Assembly: GCA_021613535.1 (NCBI GenBank)
Contig: CP075494.1
Coordinates: forward strand, 16,058,001-16,122,000
Source: Adineta vaga
Lineage: Eukaryota > Animalia > Rotifera
Direction of reading: 5' to 3'
DNA: 64,000 nt
Shown: piece after piece, positions 38,179 to 51,788 of the stretch
Numbering within the stretch: the stretch's first letter is position 1
Layout of the letters: each line of letters begins with the position of its first letter
Made by a program: the position numbers and the translations under genes
Notes under the pieces: generated by a model
Database searches by the model: none
Seen by the model: the letters and a program-made list of their open reading frames with translations, nothing else
Told to the model about the DNA's origin: nothing

Positions 38179-39253
38179 TCAAGTTGTAGGATATGTTGGT
38201 TGTACTTGATTTCTTGATGTTGGTTCAATACGATGATTATTGACAGTAAAATGACAACAAAACCAAGATTGTAACATAAGCCATAATTCATTCCGAAACA
38301 TACTTGATGTTAATGTGTATAAATAAAATGATACCGCAGGAAATACATATGATAATCCACCAGTTATACTAGTTATAAAACTTTCTATTGCTACTCGATC
38401 AGTACTCTTATTTAGAATATAAGGAGAAATAATGCTATTAATACTATAGATCATCAATGGTAATGTTATAATAAAAAAGGCAATAATTTGAGCAAATAAC
38501 ATTTTCAATACTTGTTGATCACGTTTACGTTGAATTTTTTGATTTTTATTGATTATTACTTGTTGATTCGTAATAACTTGGCGACGCTCTCGTCTTTCTT
38601 TCAGATTCTTTTGAATAAGTATTGTAAAAATAATCATTGATGAGATTGGTACAAAAGAAGTATTTGACAAGGAAAAGACGCTTATCAAGGTAATTCCAGT
38701 TGCATCCAAAGAATTATAACAAGTATTTGATTTAATATTGAAAAAAACCAACATATAAATATGTTCAAGTAAGACAAGAATAATAATTGAGGCTATGACT
38801 TTATATGCAAATTTAATATTTGCTAAATTTCTTAAACTTGTATTTGAAGATGATAATGCAAAACGATCAAAAGAAGCAGCACTTAATACCAAACGAAATA
38901 TGACAGAAGTGATATGATTGAAATACGAACGAAATTTACAAAAACCAATATTATATGTTATGGGATTAGCATAATAATAACCATAGATTGTTGGAATTGA
39001 ATAAATTAATAGATTACATAACATTCCTATTGATGCTACGAAGAAATCTTTTTAAAAGAAAAGATAAATTATAGAAATAAAAAAAAAGGTAAAGTAACTT
39101 ACATTTACAACATGATGTTGCACGAAATTGCTTTCGAGAAAAAAGTAAAATATTAAGAATACAACCAGTGACACCAAAAGTAACATAAACCCAAGATAAA
39201 GTAAAAAGTGTAGTTTTTTGAATCGATTGAAATATACTGTTTAATGACGACAT
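38179..39253 (-). CDS. Rhodopsin-like GPCR
   Basis: FGVTGCILN, FCKFRSY, ASFDRF and FYLYTLTSSMFR; seven hydrophobic segments; one short intron at ~39050-39102. Confidence 0.85.
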
Positions 39254-40328
39254 TTTCTATTAATTCTATAAAATAGAATAATTTCAATTTAATCTAAAAG
39301 ATAATTTTATATGAACATATTGTAACATTCATAGTTCTTTCTTTTCTAATGAAAACATTCATGTTGATTAACATTTTATAAATTATAACTTTTATCTTAT
39401 AATAAAGCTAGTCGACTGACAGGATCAGGGAAAGTATCTAAATCTTAAAAAGATATGAAAATAGAAAAGAATATACTATACTAAATCCTTACATTAAAGA
39501 ACTACGTTAAAAAAAAGGATATTTTTGTCGAGATACAAAAAATTACTACTAATTTCTATTTCAAAATTCCATATTTCACCGTTAGAAAGAGGAGATAAAT
39601 GTAATGATTTAACGAATAATAATGATAACAACAAATAAAAATACACATTAGATTCTGTTCATATATATCTAACTTCTTTATTTAAGCTTAACATTACGCT
39701 TTGGTCTTCTCGAGTGTGTCTCACTCTAACTATCAACTAACTATATTTTTAGAATATCTTAAAGAAAGATAAAGAATACAAAAAAACAGGAAGTAAGGGA
39801 GAGAAAGTCGTGTATTAGTGAAAAAAAGACATAAGACATGTCACTCGAAATAGTTAGAAAGATTTTCTCATATAGTTTTTTGATGCACCTTCATCATCTA
39901 TTTCCAACGGAGAAAACCTCAGGCTTCTAATATATGTTAACAACAAAAGATCGCCATCGGTAGTTGTTTTGAATAAACTCAAGAACGAAAAGAACTAGAG
40001 ACCTGCAATTTTCATCAGTAAGCAGAAGAGATACTAACACGTCTTTGATCTTAATATTGTAAGACAAAATCGTTTTAAAGTCAATTGTTTTTTGTAAAAA
40101 ACAAAATCCAACTTTTTTGACGAAATAAATAAGAAATCAAATTAATGGTTAATCGAAAATTTTCATCTGTCTTTTGTTAAATGAACATTGGTTCAATGAA
40201 CGTTTTATATGTGTAGTCTTTATTAATTTATAGTTTCCGAAGAATGAAATTGATAGAGAAGATTATTGAAAAAAACTCTTCCAGTGAATAAAACATTCAA
40301 ACAATACATTATCAACTGATACCAATAT

Positions 40329-40396
40329 TTAGGGTGGGTGGATGTGGGTGTACATTAGGCTACGCTCTTGACTCTCACCCACACCCACACCCTCAA
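40329..40396. repeat. Telomere-hexamer-like hairpin
   Basis: TTAGGGTGGGTGGATGTGGGTG...CACCCACACCCACACCCTCAA. Confidence 0.75.
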
Positions 40397-41220
40397 GAAG
40401 AATACATAATCCATATTTTTATTTAAAAACTTGATGATAAATTGTCAACAATTATTCTAGAATATCGTAAAGAAATTTCAATCAAGTAATTATTGAAGAA
40501 GAAAAGTGTACACGCTTGACATTTCTCCATTTTACAAAACGAATCGAAACAAAAGGAAGTTGTGCGCTTCTAAACTAATGAAGAAAGCAAAAAGTTCATC
40601 TTTTAAATTTATTTTCATTAAATACTTCTCATTCTTCTGAATAAACTCTATGGAAACAAAAACAAAACAAAAAAGAACTGAAGCATTTCTTTCTTTTTTT
40701 CTCTCTTCGTGTGTATATATTTTCTGCTCAGTTTTCTTTTAATAATTTAGATGGAAAGTTCTTAGTCAAATGAGATACATGTTTTTTTGAATGATAATAT
40801 GTTCATTATTTTATTTAATTCCGATTCTCTTCATTTACATTTCATTTGATAGAAAACACTGAAATTATCTAAATAGAACGATTTTATTGGATAAATTAAA
40901 ATTATCTTTCTGTTTTTCTTTCCAGTTGTCAATTAAAATGATATAAAATTGAAAGTTTATAATAACTCAATTCAATAAGAACACATAGTCTTCAACATTT
41001 TCAGTATAACAATCTCATACATACTCTTAATCAATCGAAAAACGTCATATTATTTGATTATCTTCCATTCAATTATAGAGAATTTTTATTTATTTTGAAA
41101 AAACACAATATCATAATTAACAGCAGCGTTATTGTTTGTTTTAGTTGTATTCATAGTCACATATTTTCTATTTTAATGTTTTCCTATAAAACAAGTAACG
41201 CTCGTCTAGGGACTCGCTTA

Positions 41221-41748
41221 GTTCTTTCTCGTAAAAATCGTGTTCTGCAATGCTACTGAGCATCTTGCTTATACAATTTCAAAAAACTAACACCAGATTC
41301 CAGATCCACGACCCCCAAAACCCTTTGGCCAACTTTTTAAAACTGAAAATTTTTTTGTAAAAAAGGTCCTTTGTGTAAAAAAATGTCAGAAAACTAACGA
41401 GAGATTCTTGTTCCGCGACCTCAAAAACCGTTTTGTCAATTTTTCTCGTAAAAAAAATGGTGCTTTGTCTAAAAAAATAACATCAGATTCGAAGTCCCCG
41501 CATCAAAAAACCTCTAGAAATGTCTTTTCCTGAAAATCGGTTTTCAATGTTTTTTTGACCTTTCACCCACATCCACCCACCCCTAACCATGATCAGCCAA
41601 TAGATCTCAAATTCGAAGTCCCCGCATCAAAAAACCTCTAGAAATGTATTTTCCTGAAAATCGATTTTCGATGTTTTTTTACCCTACGGACAGACAAGCA
41701 AGCAGACAATTTATGTCTGCAAGACTCTTTTCTACGAGAAAGAGAACA
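41221..41748. mobile_element. Helentron/DINE-like or MITE-like element
   Basis: GTTCTTTCTCGTA ... TACGAGAAAGAGAAC inverted ends, internal ~70-bp direct repeat TTCGAAGTCCCCGCATCAAAAAACCTCTAGAAATG, and an ACGGACAGACAAGC tract. Confidence 0.5.
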
Positions 41749-42963
41749 TTTTAGGATAATATTTCTTTAATAACACCGACCTTGCCCTAAAACATGACAG
41801 ATAACAGTCATTCTGAAATATATGAGAATACATCTAAATCGACAGAAGATTTCATATGAATTGTTCAAGATCTCAATATTCAAATAGATGAATCGGAATA
41901 ATCTTTAAAAAAAATTATTCTCTCACGAGACTTTGGCGAGACTAATAAAAGTTATTCGAGATTGTCTTATACCATATAGATTCTAACATGATCAGTTGAT
42001 CTCTTTCTTATCATATAGAAAATGAGAAACTGAAATATTTCAATAATATAGATGGTAGATATGGAGATGAATAAGGGAAAAACCAATTCAAAAGATTATT
42101 TTAAATTATTAATTGCCTTTTCTTTTTTCCCAATATTCATTATGAAAATGTGATTGTTTCTAAACCAATTTTTTTCTGCTGTCAGGTTTTAAAAGACATT
42201 TGTTTATTGAAACTCGGTGATTTTTATTATTATAATTGACAATAGCTACGCTCATAAACTGTGTGCTGTCAGAGTTTTTTTCTAATTAATTCCTTTTGTT
42301 TTGTACGTGTTTCAATATGATTGAAGAAAAATAATCATCATAGTAGAACACATATACTACGATCTAGGGAAAGAGAGCTGCGAGGGGCTAGATCCAAGCA
42401 TAGTTTTAGAAATAAAATTTGTTTATACGAAAATTTCTTGATAACACTTGCCACCAGCCCAGATTACAAGCTCTTTTTCACTATTTTCTAGCAGAAATAC
42501 TCTAATTTTGGCATTTTTCGTTTAGTACTATTAAAAAAAGGCGTCTGATGGCTGTTCCTAGCAGTATTTCTAGACTTTCTGCCAAATTCTAGCTTCTTCA
42601 CTTTAGGAAAACAATCGAAAATCATGGTGAAATAAAAAGATCTGAGTTAAAAAAATTGATATTTATCTAAAATTTTCTTTGACATATCTATAAGTATAGA
42701 ATGAACATTCGATTGATTTTTCATTTCGAATTAGTTATTTTCTAAACTAAATTATTTCATAAGATCTTCGTTTCTTTTTCTATTTGAATAAATACAACGA
42801 AAATTATGAACGTATATAGTTTCTTATTTAACTAATGGAATAAATATAGAAAATAGAGAGAAAGAGTGGGAGTAGTAGGGAATGATAGAAAATATTCTAC
42901 TTTTGTTTACTGTAGAATCTTTTCTTTTCAGTTTCATTCATTTCATGAATTTACACTTTGACG

Positions 42964-45900
42964 ATGACTTCAAGAAATATTTGTCTACTATTTTTACTAA
43001 TGTTTATTATACAAACAATGGCAAATGATATTCGATCTGTTCAAATGACAATAATCAATGATAACATATTTCAATGTGCTCAGTCAACTTGTTTACCATT
43101 TAACAATCTGACAACATCAAATATTCGTCAATGTCAAATAAATTGTTTAAATCGAAATGAGTGTATAGTTGCTACGTTTTATAAATCAAATTCACAATGT
43201 CAATTATTTAATAATTCAATCAATCAAAATGCGAACATGTCATATGAAATGAATGCTGTGACCATGATTACGATTTTGGGAACACGATATCCACTAGGTT
43301 CGCATGAAATAGAAATCATACTACCCGAGTAGTCGACAAGAATTGCCAGACACGCATGTAAACACATAAAATATAGACCCAAAGTGACCGAATTTTTTAT
43401 CGGTGAGAATTGTACCTATCATCATGGTTACGTCTCTCGTCTATAAAAAATGCGGTCACTTACTGTCTTTATTTTACATCTTCACTCACAATTGGGAACC
43501 GCGATTACAGGCGAAACACGTCCACTGTTTTCCATTTTCTCACGCATTTTTGGGCGTTTACACACGTGTTTGGCAATTCTTGTCTTATTGGATAGGAGGA
43601 CTAGAAAACTAAACTCTCTTCTGAATATTAAAAAATGCCAGCTCTTCGGATGTAATTCTACGGAAGTGGCTTTTTGCAGCTGTAAAAAAACTATTACTAG
43701 AGACACAAAAAGAATAAGTTAACTATAAATAAAACACTATTTCTAATTTTTTTGATTTATATAAAACTAATTATTTTCAAAACAGATCTAACCGCGATTT
43801 CAACATCATCATCCACAACATCAACTTCATCGTCATCAACAACAACAACATCATCATCAACATCAACAACAACATCATCATCATCAACTTCATCGTCAAC
43901 AACATCAGCATCAACAACAACATCAACAGAAGCACCACGCGGTTAGTAATATAATGGGATAATTATCAGTTCTTTTAGTAGGTTCTTGAAACCGATTGCT
44001 AAGACCAAGTTCTTATTTTCTTTAGCAACAGTTATTCTCATTGAAAAAATGGTAAAAACTATAGCGAGAAAATCATAATACAACTGATTAATCTCTTTTT
44101 CAGCGGAACTCACACAGTCAGAGGTTATCGACTATAATGATTTCGCATATGAATATAAGAAACACTGCTAGGTCTGTAACACGTGATTATCTGTAAGACT
44201 AATTTTTCACCTCACTAAAAACTTTTAGCAAATTTATTCTAGAGCATATTGAATTGACTATAAAGCAAGACTTGTTTCTACTTCATATCGATTTTTCCTG
44301 AGATATGTATCTACTTGAATTTATATGAGGGATACATCCCATAACATTTTTGCATGGAAAATAAATTTCACAATACACTGATATGGCTAAAAAAGAGCAG
44401 TTTTACAGATGAGCGTGTTAGAATAATCTATGAGCAATTTTTATATTCGCATTCGAAACTAACATGGTCAAAAGCTTTTGACTCTGTACCCTCCGTTGAG
44501 AAAGTGATCAATCAGTTGCATCGATTCCTTTTTTAGTTTATTTTAATCTTTTTCAGTAAATCTTAATTTCGAAGTCATGTGTATATTTATTTCCATAGTG
44601 ATTTATCTACAGGGTGAGCAGGATGGGCGTCGCCCACCTAAGATTTTGATTCATCCTCTCAGAAACTTACAGCCAAGTCTGTGAAACTAGATCATTAGTC
44701 CACCTACTATGAATTAAGGAGGACATAGGCCAGCCTAAACTTCGAGTTGCCCACCCGGGAAACAAAACCTAGATAAAATACTGTTCATTTCTATGAGGAA
44801 TGAACCAAACTATACATTCTTTTCAGCAGTCTTTTAACAATTAAGAATTTTCAAATTTAAGGTTAGAGCAGATTTTGAAAAACAAACTATCTTTTCACAA
44901 TATTACGATTGTGTTTAATTGACTGGATTTTTATTTGATCAATAATCGATCAAGATGAACTTACGAGAAATTTAGAGTAATGAATATCGGAAAAGTTGTC
45001 GAATGAAGTGTCATTGATTTTTTTCTGTTTCATCATTTCATTTTCTGAATTCATTAACAAAATTGATTGAGATATCAATTTTCGAAGAGGACATTCAAAG
45101 TTATTAAGATTGATAAAAATGCGATTGAGTTATGAAAGAAGAATAGATCCGTCTTTCTCTTTTTACACTTTTATCATTGATAAACATTATTACTATATCA
45201 CTCATGTGAGATCAAAGATACTTTAGATTCGATAATGAACTCTCAATTTTTATCCTAAGATTTGAATAAACGATCTAGTAACTCATATAGAACAATAATT
45301 GAATGATAAGTAACATCGCGGAGTAAAATGTATTCTCGAATAAATGCTTTGAAAATATTCACAGACACTTTTTTTATCTATTTGCTCTATTTAGTATGGA
45401 CAACAACAGGAAATATGAATGTGCCACGAACTTATCACACAGCAACCGTTTTACCAAATGGAACAGTGCTAGTTGCAGGTGGATCGAATGGTGGTCTTTA
45501 CTTGAGCAGTGTTGAATTATATAATCCGTTAACAGGTACTTGGGCAACAACAGGAAGTATGAGTGTGACACGAGGATATCACACAGCATCTGTTTTAACA
45601 AATGGGACAGTGTTGGTTGCTGGTGGATTTAGTAATAGTGGTTACTTGAACCGTGCTGAATTATATAATCCGTTAACAGGTACTTGGACAACAACAGGAA
45701 ATATGAATGTGACACGAGGATATCACACAGCATCCGTTTTAGCAAATGGAACAGTGTTAGTTGCAGCTGGATATGGTGATGGTGGTTACATGAGCAGTTC
45801 TGAATTATATAATCCATTAACAGGTACTTGGACAACAACAGGAAATATGAGTATGTTACGAGCATATCACACAGCATCCGTTTTATCAAATGGAACAGTG

Positions 45901-46245
45901 TTAGTTGCGGGTGGATCTAATAGTGGTGGTAACTTAAACAGTACTGAATTATATAATCCGTTAGCAGGTACTTGGGCAGCAACAGGAGGTATGAGTATGT
46001 TACGAGCATATCACACAGCATCCGTTTTAACAAATGGAACAGTGTTAGTTGCAGGTGGATATAATAGTGGTAGTAACTTGAACAGTACTGAATTATATAA
46101 TCCGTTAACAGGTACTTGGACAACAATAGTAAATATGAGTGTGTTACGAGCACATCACACAGCATCCGTTTTAACAAATGGAACAGTATTAGTTGCAGCT
46201 GGATATAATACTGGTGGTTACTTGAATATTGCTGAATATTATTAA
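42964..46245 (+). CDS. Secreted PAN/Apple + S/T linker + Kelch beta-propeller protein
   Basis: Exons 42964-43297, 43786-43941 and 45395-46245 splice in frame; signal peptide, CQINCL..C PAN motif and six 48-aa Kelch repeats. Confidence 0.85.
43322..43594. mobile_element. Intronic MITE
   Basis: Imperfect TIR GACAAGAATTGCCAGACACG..TGTAAAC / GTTTACA..CGTGTTTGGCAATTCTTGTC, flanked by TA. Confidence 0.6.
44596..44783. mobile_element. Intronic hAT-like MITE
   Basis: TAGTGATTTATCTA / TAGATAAAATACTG ends; GGGCGTCGCCCACC resembles the subterminal motif of the hAT at 8584. Confidence 0.4.
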
Positions 46246-46589
46246 TGGAATTTTATTTTAAGACACTTTCATTCTATAACTTGACGCATAAGATTGAATG
46301 TTCTAAATCATTTATGTATTCATTATTTTGTCTGCTTTTTTTTATTTTGAATTGAATAATCATATCATACGTTTCCCTTTTCAAAATCTTTATGACACAT
46401 TATTTATTACTTATTTTGTCATTATTTGCTTTTATTAACAATAAATCTACTTCTTCTTTATGGATTATTATTCGATATCGATTTCATATTTTGTTGATGA
46501 GTATGATTTATCTACAAATCAAATATGATCTGTTATTCATATTCGAAAACGGTTTTCTTAGAACTCTTCGTTGACAACATCGCCAACTG

Positions 46590-46725
46590 GTAAAGTGAGT
46601 ACACTTTAGAATCGCTCAGTGTGCCCGTCCGTTTACACGATAACCTTTAACTATTACATTTGACTAAGCTGAAAGTTTTGGACAGGGTTGTCTCATCAAT
46701 ATCTCGGTTGAATTCGAAGATGAGA
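46590..46725 (-). repeat. Helentron/HINE-like repeat, copy 3
   Basis: Reverse complement GTTATCGTGTAAACGGACGGGCAC..GATTCTA.AGTGTACTCA closely matches 18816-18863. Confidence 0.6.
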
Positions 46726-47704
46726 AAGATCCGTCAAGAAATGGACAAGTTATCAAAAAATTGTCATTAGTGAGCAAAGTACTCCTGAGGATCAGTAGAG
46801 AGATTTTTTCAAAAAAACTTTTTCTCAAAATTATTCAAAACATGTAAATCGACTGAATTTTTAGCGTTGATTCCGAGGCTGCCATTAGTTGTGAAACAAA
46901 TCGTAGTTTTCTAATGAAACATTGCCTGAAAAAAGGTCTCAACATGCTCAAAAAGTGCGTAGACATGTCTCATATGCTAGTAGTTTCGAGGTTTCCCAAT
47001 TGGCTGGTTTTGTAAGTAGTCAAAAGCACTATCGAAAGGTAAATATCCAAACTCGATAGCTATTGAGCCTGTCCAGCTAACGCCGACCCAGCTCGGCCAA
47101 AGTTGAACTTCAAATCTCTCAGAACTAAAGGTGGCCAGTTTGTAGAGCATGTTTAACAGTACAAGACCATGTATCTTGTTTTCTTATTTGTTCTGTCTAA
47201 CAAGAGAACCAGAGCCCGAAACATTAGGTACAAAGTGGTCTTATTATCATATGTTTTGACAGCATATAGACAAAGGTTCTCAGCGACCGTTCCACAATGG
47301 TTTATAAAACAGTTAGGATGTGAGTAGAGTCAGTAATAAATGGGCTTCGTACCAGAATGTCAAATGAATTATTATCTCTACCCATGACTGAAAAAGTCTT
47401 CCCGAAAAACTTAGCCAAAACAGTGATGAGTGCGTTGCTAATTGGAGGTTTTTTAAATTTTTCCCTAATAATACGTTAAACAATTTCAAAGAATACTATC
47501 CCTCTTTTCGACGTGGTAGCGATCAGTCGCATTCATCCAGGTCTTTTAGTTAAATCTTCTATCTTATCTATCGTCTTCAATAAACGATCTATCTCCAAAT
47601 CTTACACTTGAAATATCAGTTTTCTTTCTTTCGAAATCTTGGGTATTTCAAAAGGGTGTTCAACAGATCAGGTAATTGAACATCAGTTTGATCCTCGGTC
47701 CGAA

Positions 47705-49105
47705 ATGCCTCCGAAAAAGGGAGGTGGAGAGGTTGCCACCAGTACAAGGCGCAACCAAAGCCTCGACAATCGGCCAGTACAATTCAACACAACACAAAGA
47801 AACGGACACGTTGGCAAAAGTCCAATAGCAGCAAAGAAAAGCCAACCAAACTTTAGCATAGCTCCTCTCATCATAGAGGGAGTGAAACTAAACAAACTGG
47901 AACTTAATGACATCTTGAAGCAACAATTCAATGATGTTAAAATTTCCGATATTCAACTAGGACGAACAGGAATTTTTACAATTTATTCGGCTGATGTTAA
48001 ATCATTTAATCGACTGTTAAACGACTTTACACTCGTTCTAACAAACAATGGTCAACAAGCAGCAAAAATTTACGTTCCTCGATCAATCCAAAGAATTACC
48101 GAAACAGAAAAGGTAGCTTTTGTCAAACGAGTCGATCTTGAAATACCAGAAAATCGAATAACGGAGGCATTAAAGACTCTTGGTCTGGATGTCAGTACAG
48201 TTATACGATTGACTGGTAAAGATGGAAAAACTCCAACAACAACAATCAAGATTCTATTCGGTGATGTGCAAAACAGAAATATATTTGTGCATACTGGTTT
48301 ACAAGTAGAATGCATGCATTTCAAAGCTGAACCAGCATCACATAACACAAAGCCGGTGCAATGCTTTATCTGTCTAAAGTTTAACCACGTGGCAAAATAC
48401 TGTAAAACAAAGCAGCAAGTATGTGCTCGTTGTGGTGACAATCATCGGCTAGATCAGTGTTCTTCTGATACAGCCAAATGCAACAACTGTAAAGGTAATC
48501 ATTTAGCAACATCTAATGACTGTTCACATTATAGAGAACAAGAAAAGAGAATGCTAAATTTGGTTAACCAATACACAAGCTCGTTCAAACCACATCCAGC
48601 AATACCAATGCTACATGATACAGAAAGTTTTCCACCGTTACCAAATCCATCACAACGTCCATTAGGTCACACACATCAAGGAGCATTGGATGACATTATA
48701 AATCTATTAAGCAAAAAGATGGAAAAGATGATTGAAGAAGCTTCAAATCGACTATTCGAGACGTTGCAACAGCAGTTCACAAAACTCGAAAAATCTTTCA
48801 GCACATCGATCATCAAAAACATAGATAAAGCTTTGACTATCTCCGACTCTGATTCAAGAGAAGAAGGTCCAGAAGACAAGCAAGTCAAAAACAAGCAGCA
48901 ACATACTACAGAAACAGACAACGCAGCTAAAGCATCCAAAAACACTGCTACTAAGTCAACAACATCAAAGAAAACATCTTCATCACAACAACATAAGAAA
49001 AAGAAAGGTGAACAGGGTGAAAAGAGAACACGATCTGACATCAGCTCGTTAGATTCATCGACATTAGACACTCAAGACACCAAAATAAGCAACCACGATG
49101 TTTAG
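47705..49105 (+). CDS. LINE ORF1 (gag-like, three CCHC knuckles)
   Basis: CFICLKFNHVAKYC, CARCGDNHRLDQC and CNNCKGNHLATSNDC; first ATG at 47705. Confidence 0.9.
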   Translation: MPPKKGGGEVATSTRRNQSLDNRPVQFNTTQRNGHVGKSPIAAKKSQPNFSIAPLIIEGVKLNKLELNDILKQQFNDVKISDIQLGRTGIFTIYSADVKSFNRLLNDFTLVLTNNGQQAAKIYVPRSIQRITETEKVAFVKRVDLEIPENRITEALKTLGLDVSTVIRLTGKDGKTPTTTIKILFGDVQNRNIFVHTGLQVECMHFKAEPASHNTKPVQCFICLKFNHVAKYCKTKQQVCARCGDNHRLDQCSSDTAKCNNCKGNHLATSNDCSHYREQEKRMLNLVNQYTSSFKPHPAIPMLHDTESFPPLPNPSQRPLGHTHQGALDDIINLLSKKMEKMIEEASNRLFETLQQQFTKLEKSFSTSIIKNIDKALTISDSDSREEGPEDKQVKNKQQHTTETDNAAKASKNTATKSTTSKKTSSSQQHKKKKGEQGEKRTRSDISSLDSSTLDTQDTKISNHDV

Positions 49106-51788
49106 CTTATGTCATATCAACATAAACTCAATCATCAAACACAAAGACGAACTTCAAGCCAGATTCTCCAAATACGACATCATTTCTGTAAATGAAACTA
49201 ACTTAAAGAGCGAACGACAGTTCACTCTAATGGGTTACAACATTTTCAGAAACGATCGAGTAGGACAAGCTGGTGGTGGAGTTTTACTAGCAGTCAAACA
49301 ACACATCAAATGTCGAGAAATACTTAACAAAACAGTAGGTAAAAATGAAGCGATAGCAGTAGAGATTGAAACTAAAACATTCAAATCAGTACTGATATCC
49401 TCCATATATGTACCTCCAAAAGCAAAGATCGACATCAACTTAATCTACGAAATATACAACCTCAACAACAACTGTATTATAATGGGTGATCTTAATGCAA
49501 CATTGTTTAACAAAGGATCACAACAAGCAAATGCTCGAGGACGACAGCTGCAAGAATTATTCACAGAAGGTTTTATCGAATGTGTCGAGGATGATAGGCC
49601 AACATTTGAAAAGAATGATTATGAAGTCAAATTAGACTGGATTCTAGCAAGTCAACCACTTCTTTCATTTATATCAAATGTTGAAATACATCCTACAATC
49701 GGCACGATAACCGGTCACAAACCATTAACCTTCGATATTCCAACTGGAGTTGAACCTAAACCAGCATCTCCAAGAATATCATTTAATTTCAAAGCAGCAA
49801 ACTGGTCAGAATTCAGATACAAGTTAGATCAACAACTGATGTCATGGAAAAATGACCGTTCTTTAAGTTCAGCATTAGATATAGAAGAATATACGTCGTT
49901 TATTACCAATAGTATATTGGTAGCATCAAAAGAAGCCATTCCACAAAGCAAACAAACGAATACTATCTTCGTACCAAGTGAAGTATCGAAAAGTTTGATT
50001 AAACAAAAACATCAAACATATCGAAAATGGAAGAAGACCGGGGATGTAATAGACAAACGTCTATATTACAACTCCAAAGTCTTACTGACAAATTCACTTC
50101 GAAATGATAGAAGAAACAACTTTAACAAGTTAATGTCTTCATTATGTCATAAGAAAATGTATTCGGACAAAGTTTGGTTGACGGTACGTAAGTTCCACAA
50201 CAAACGGATCAAGCAAACCTTTACTAGCATCATGAAATACAACAACACGACAGCAACGTCAGAAAAGGAGAAAGCAGACCTATTTGCAGATTATTTCGAA
50301 AATGAAGTCTACTCTCTTACTGCTGATACACTGCCGTTTCATGATCAAGTAACAAGTCAAGCAAACAAAGTCAAGAATGGTAATATAACCTTAACAAACA
50401 CATCCAAGTGGAAGCTAGTTAAAGTAGAAGAAGTCAAATTTCATATTAGACAACTTCGAAATAGCTCCACTGGTCCAGACAACATCCACAACAGGTGTTT
50501 AAAGAATCATTCAAAATTACTTGTCCAGCATCTAACAAATCTGTTCAACGCAATTTTGAAACAAGGTTATATTCCAGCAATGTGGGAAAAGGCTAATATT
50601 ATTCTTTTACTAAAGCCGAAGAAGGACAAACAACATCCATCTAGTTATCGGCCGATTAGTCTCCTTAGTTGCTTAGGCAAACTAATGGAGAAAATAATCA
50701 AACAACGACTAATGCTCGAACTAGAAAGACGAAATATACTACCACAACATCAAGCCGGATTCAGACCAGGAAAAAGCACTATATACAACATCGTGCGACT
50801 AGAAAGATATGCTGAAGGTCAACTGAGACGACCCCGTCGAAGACGTCACTCAGCTGTCATTCTTTTCGACATCAAAGCTGCCTTTGATTCGGTTTGGCAC
50901 GATGGTTTGATATACAGGCTTAACGATTTACGTCTTCCCAAATACATCATTAACTACCTGATCTCTTTTTTAAGCAATCGAACGGCTGCTATTGAAATTG
51001 AAAATATATTATCACGTCAATTCAATCTGAAGAGCGGTACACCACAAGGATCTCCGTTATCACCTCTACTATACATTATGTACACGGCAGATTCGATGAA
51101 TGGAATACCGACTCATACAGAACACGGGCTTTTCGCCGACGACACTGCATTATGGACATCTGGCAACACCTTAACATCACTTAGATCCAGATTACAACAA
51201 TCCATAAATGCATTCGAAAGTTGGTGCAAATCATGGAAATTGAAATTGCAACCAACAAAAACAGAGCTGATACATTTCAGCATACACCCAAGAAAGAATT
51301 ACAAAAATCCAGTGATAGTGAAAGTCGAAAACAACATCATCAAGCCACTGGATTCTACACGATACTTGGGTGTAATCATCGACAAAAGATTAAAATGGCG
51401 AACACATCTCGATCATATCGAAACGAAGATTGCTCCTCGGATCGGTCTTCTTAGATATTTATCGAGGAAAGCACAAGACCCCAACAACAAGACGATGATA
51501 AATATTTTCAAATCAATAGTACGTACAGTTATCATATACGGTTATCCAATTCTCCTCACTGCTGATCAAAAAATATGGGACCGATTACAAATCATGCAAA
51601 ACAAAGCAATTAGAGCTGCACTCGGTTTACCCATATATACATCAGTCAACTACATCCACAAGATTAGCAACATCCCCAAAATCAAAGACTACGCCATTGG
51701 ATTACTTAAAAAGTCCATATCAACGGCATCTTCCAACCACGACACTACACTGAAGAACCTTCTACAAGGCATATTCGACAAAGTGTAA
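49098..51788 (+). CDS. LINE ORF2: APE endonuclease + reverse transcriptase
   Basis: NET, MGDLNA, YRPISLLS, QAGFR, GTPQGSPLSP, FADD and YLGV; no RNase H visible. Confidence 0.95.
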   Translation: MFSLCHININSIIKHKDELQARFSKYDIISVNETNLKSERQFTLMGYNIFRNDRVGQAGGGVLLAVKQHIKCREILNKTVGKNEAIAVEIETKTFKSVLISSIYVPPKAKIDINLIYEIYNLNNNCIIMGDLNATLFNKGSQQANARGRQLQELFTEGFIECVEDDRPTFEKNDYEVKLDWILASQPLLSFISNVEIHPTIGTITGHKPLTFDIPTGVEPKPASPRISFNFKAANWSEFRYKLDQQLMSWKNDRSLSSALDIEEYTSFITNSILVASKEAIPQSKQTNTIFVPSEVSKSLIKQKHQTYRKWKKTGDVIDKRLYYNSKVLLTNSLRNDRRNNFNKLMSSLCHKKMYSDKVWLTVRKFHNKRIKQTFTSIMKYNNTTATSEKEKADLFADYFENEVYSLTADTLPFHDQVTSQANKVKNGNITLTNTSKWKLVKVEEVKFHIRQLRNSSTGPDNIHNRCLKNHSKLLVQHLTNLFNAILKQGYIPAMWEKANIILLLKPKKDKQHPSSYRPISLLSCLGKLMEKIIKQRLMLELERRNILPQHQAGFRPGKSTIYNIVRLERYAEGQLRRPRRRRHSAVILFDIKAAFDSVWHDGLIYRLNDLRLPKYIINYLISFLSNRTAAIEIENILSRQFNLKSGTPQGSPLSPLLYIMYTADSMNGIPTHTEHGLFADDTALWTSGNTLTSLRSRLQQSINAFESWCKSWKLKLQPTKTELIHFSIHPRKNYKNPVIVKVENNIIKPLDSTRYLGVIIDKRLKWRTHLDHIETKIAPRIGLLRYLSRKAQDPNNKTMINIFKSIVRTVIIYGYPILLTADQKIWDRLQIMQNKAIRAALGLPIYTSVNYIHKISNIPKIKDYAIGLLKKSISTASSNHDTTLKNLLQGIFDKV

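Noticed and set aside
43796-43930. (TCA/ACA)n microsatellite
   Set aside because: It is the coding S/T linker exon of the PAN-Kelch gene.
45374-46177. Repeated minus-strand ORFs and a regular 144-nt array (CRISPR-like periodicity)
   Set aside because: Antisense shadows of coding Kelch repeats; no unique spacers or cas genes.
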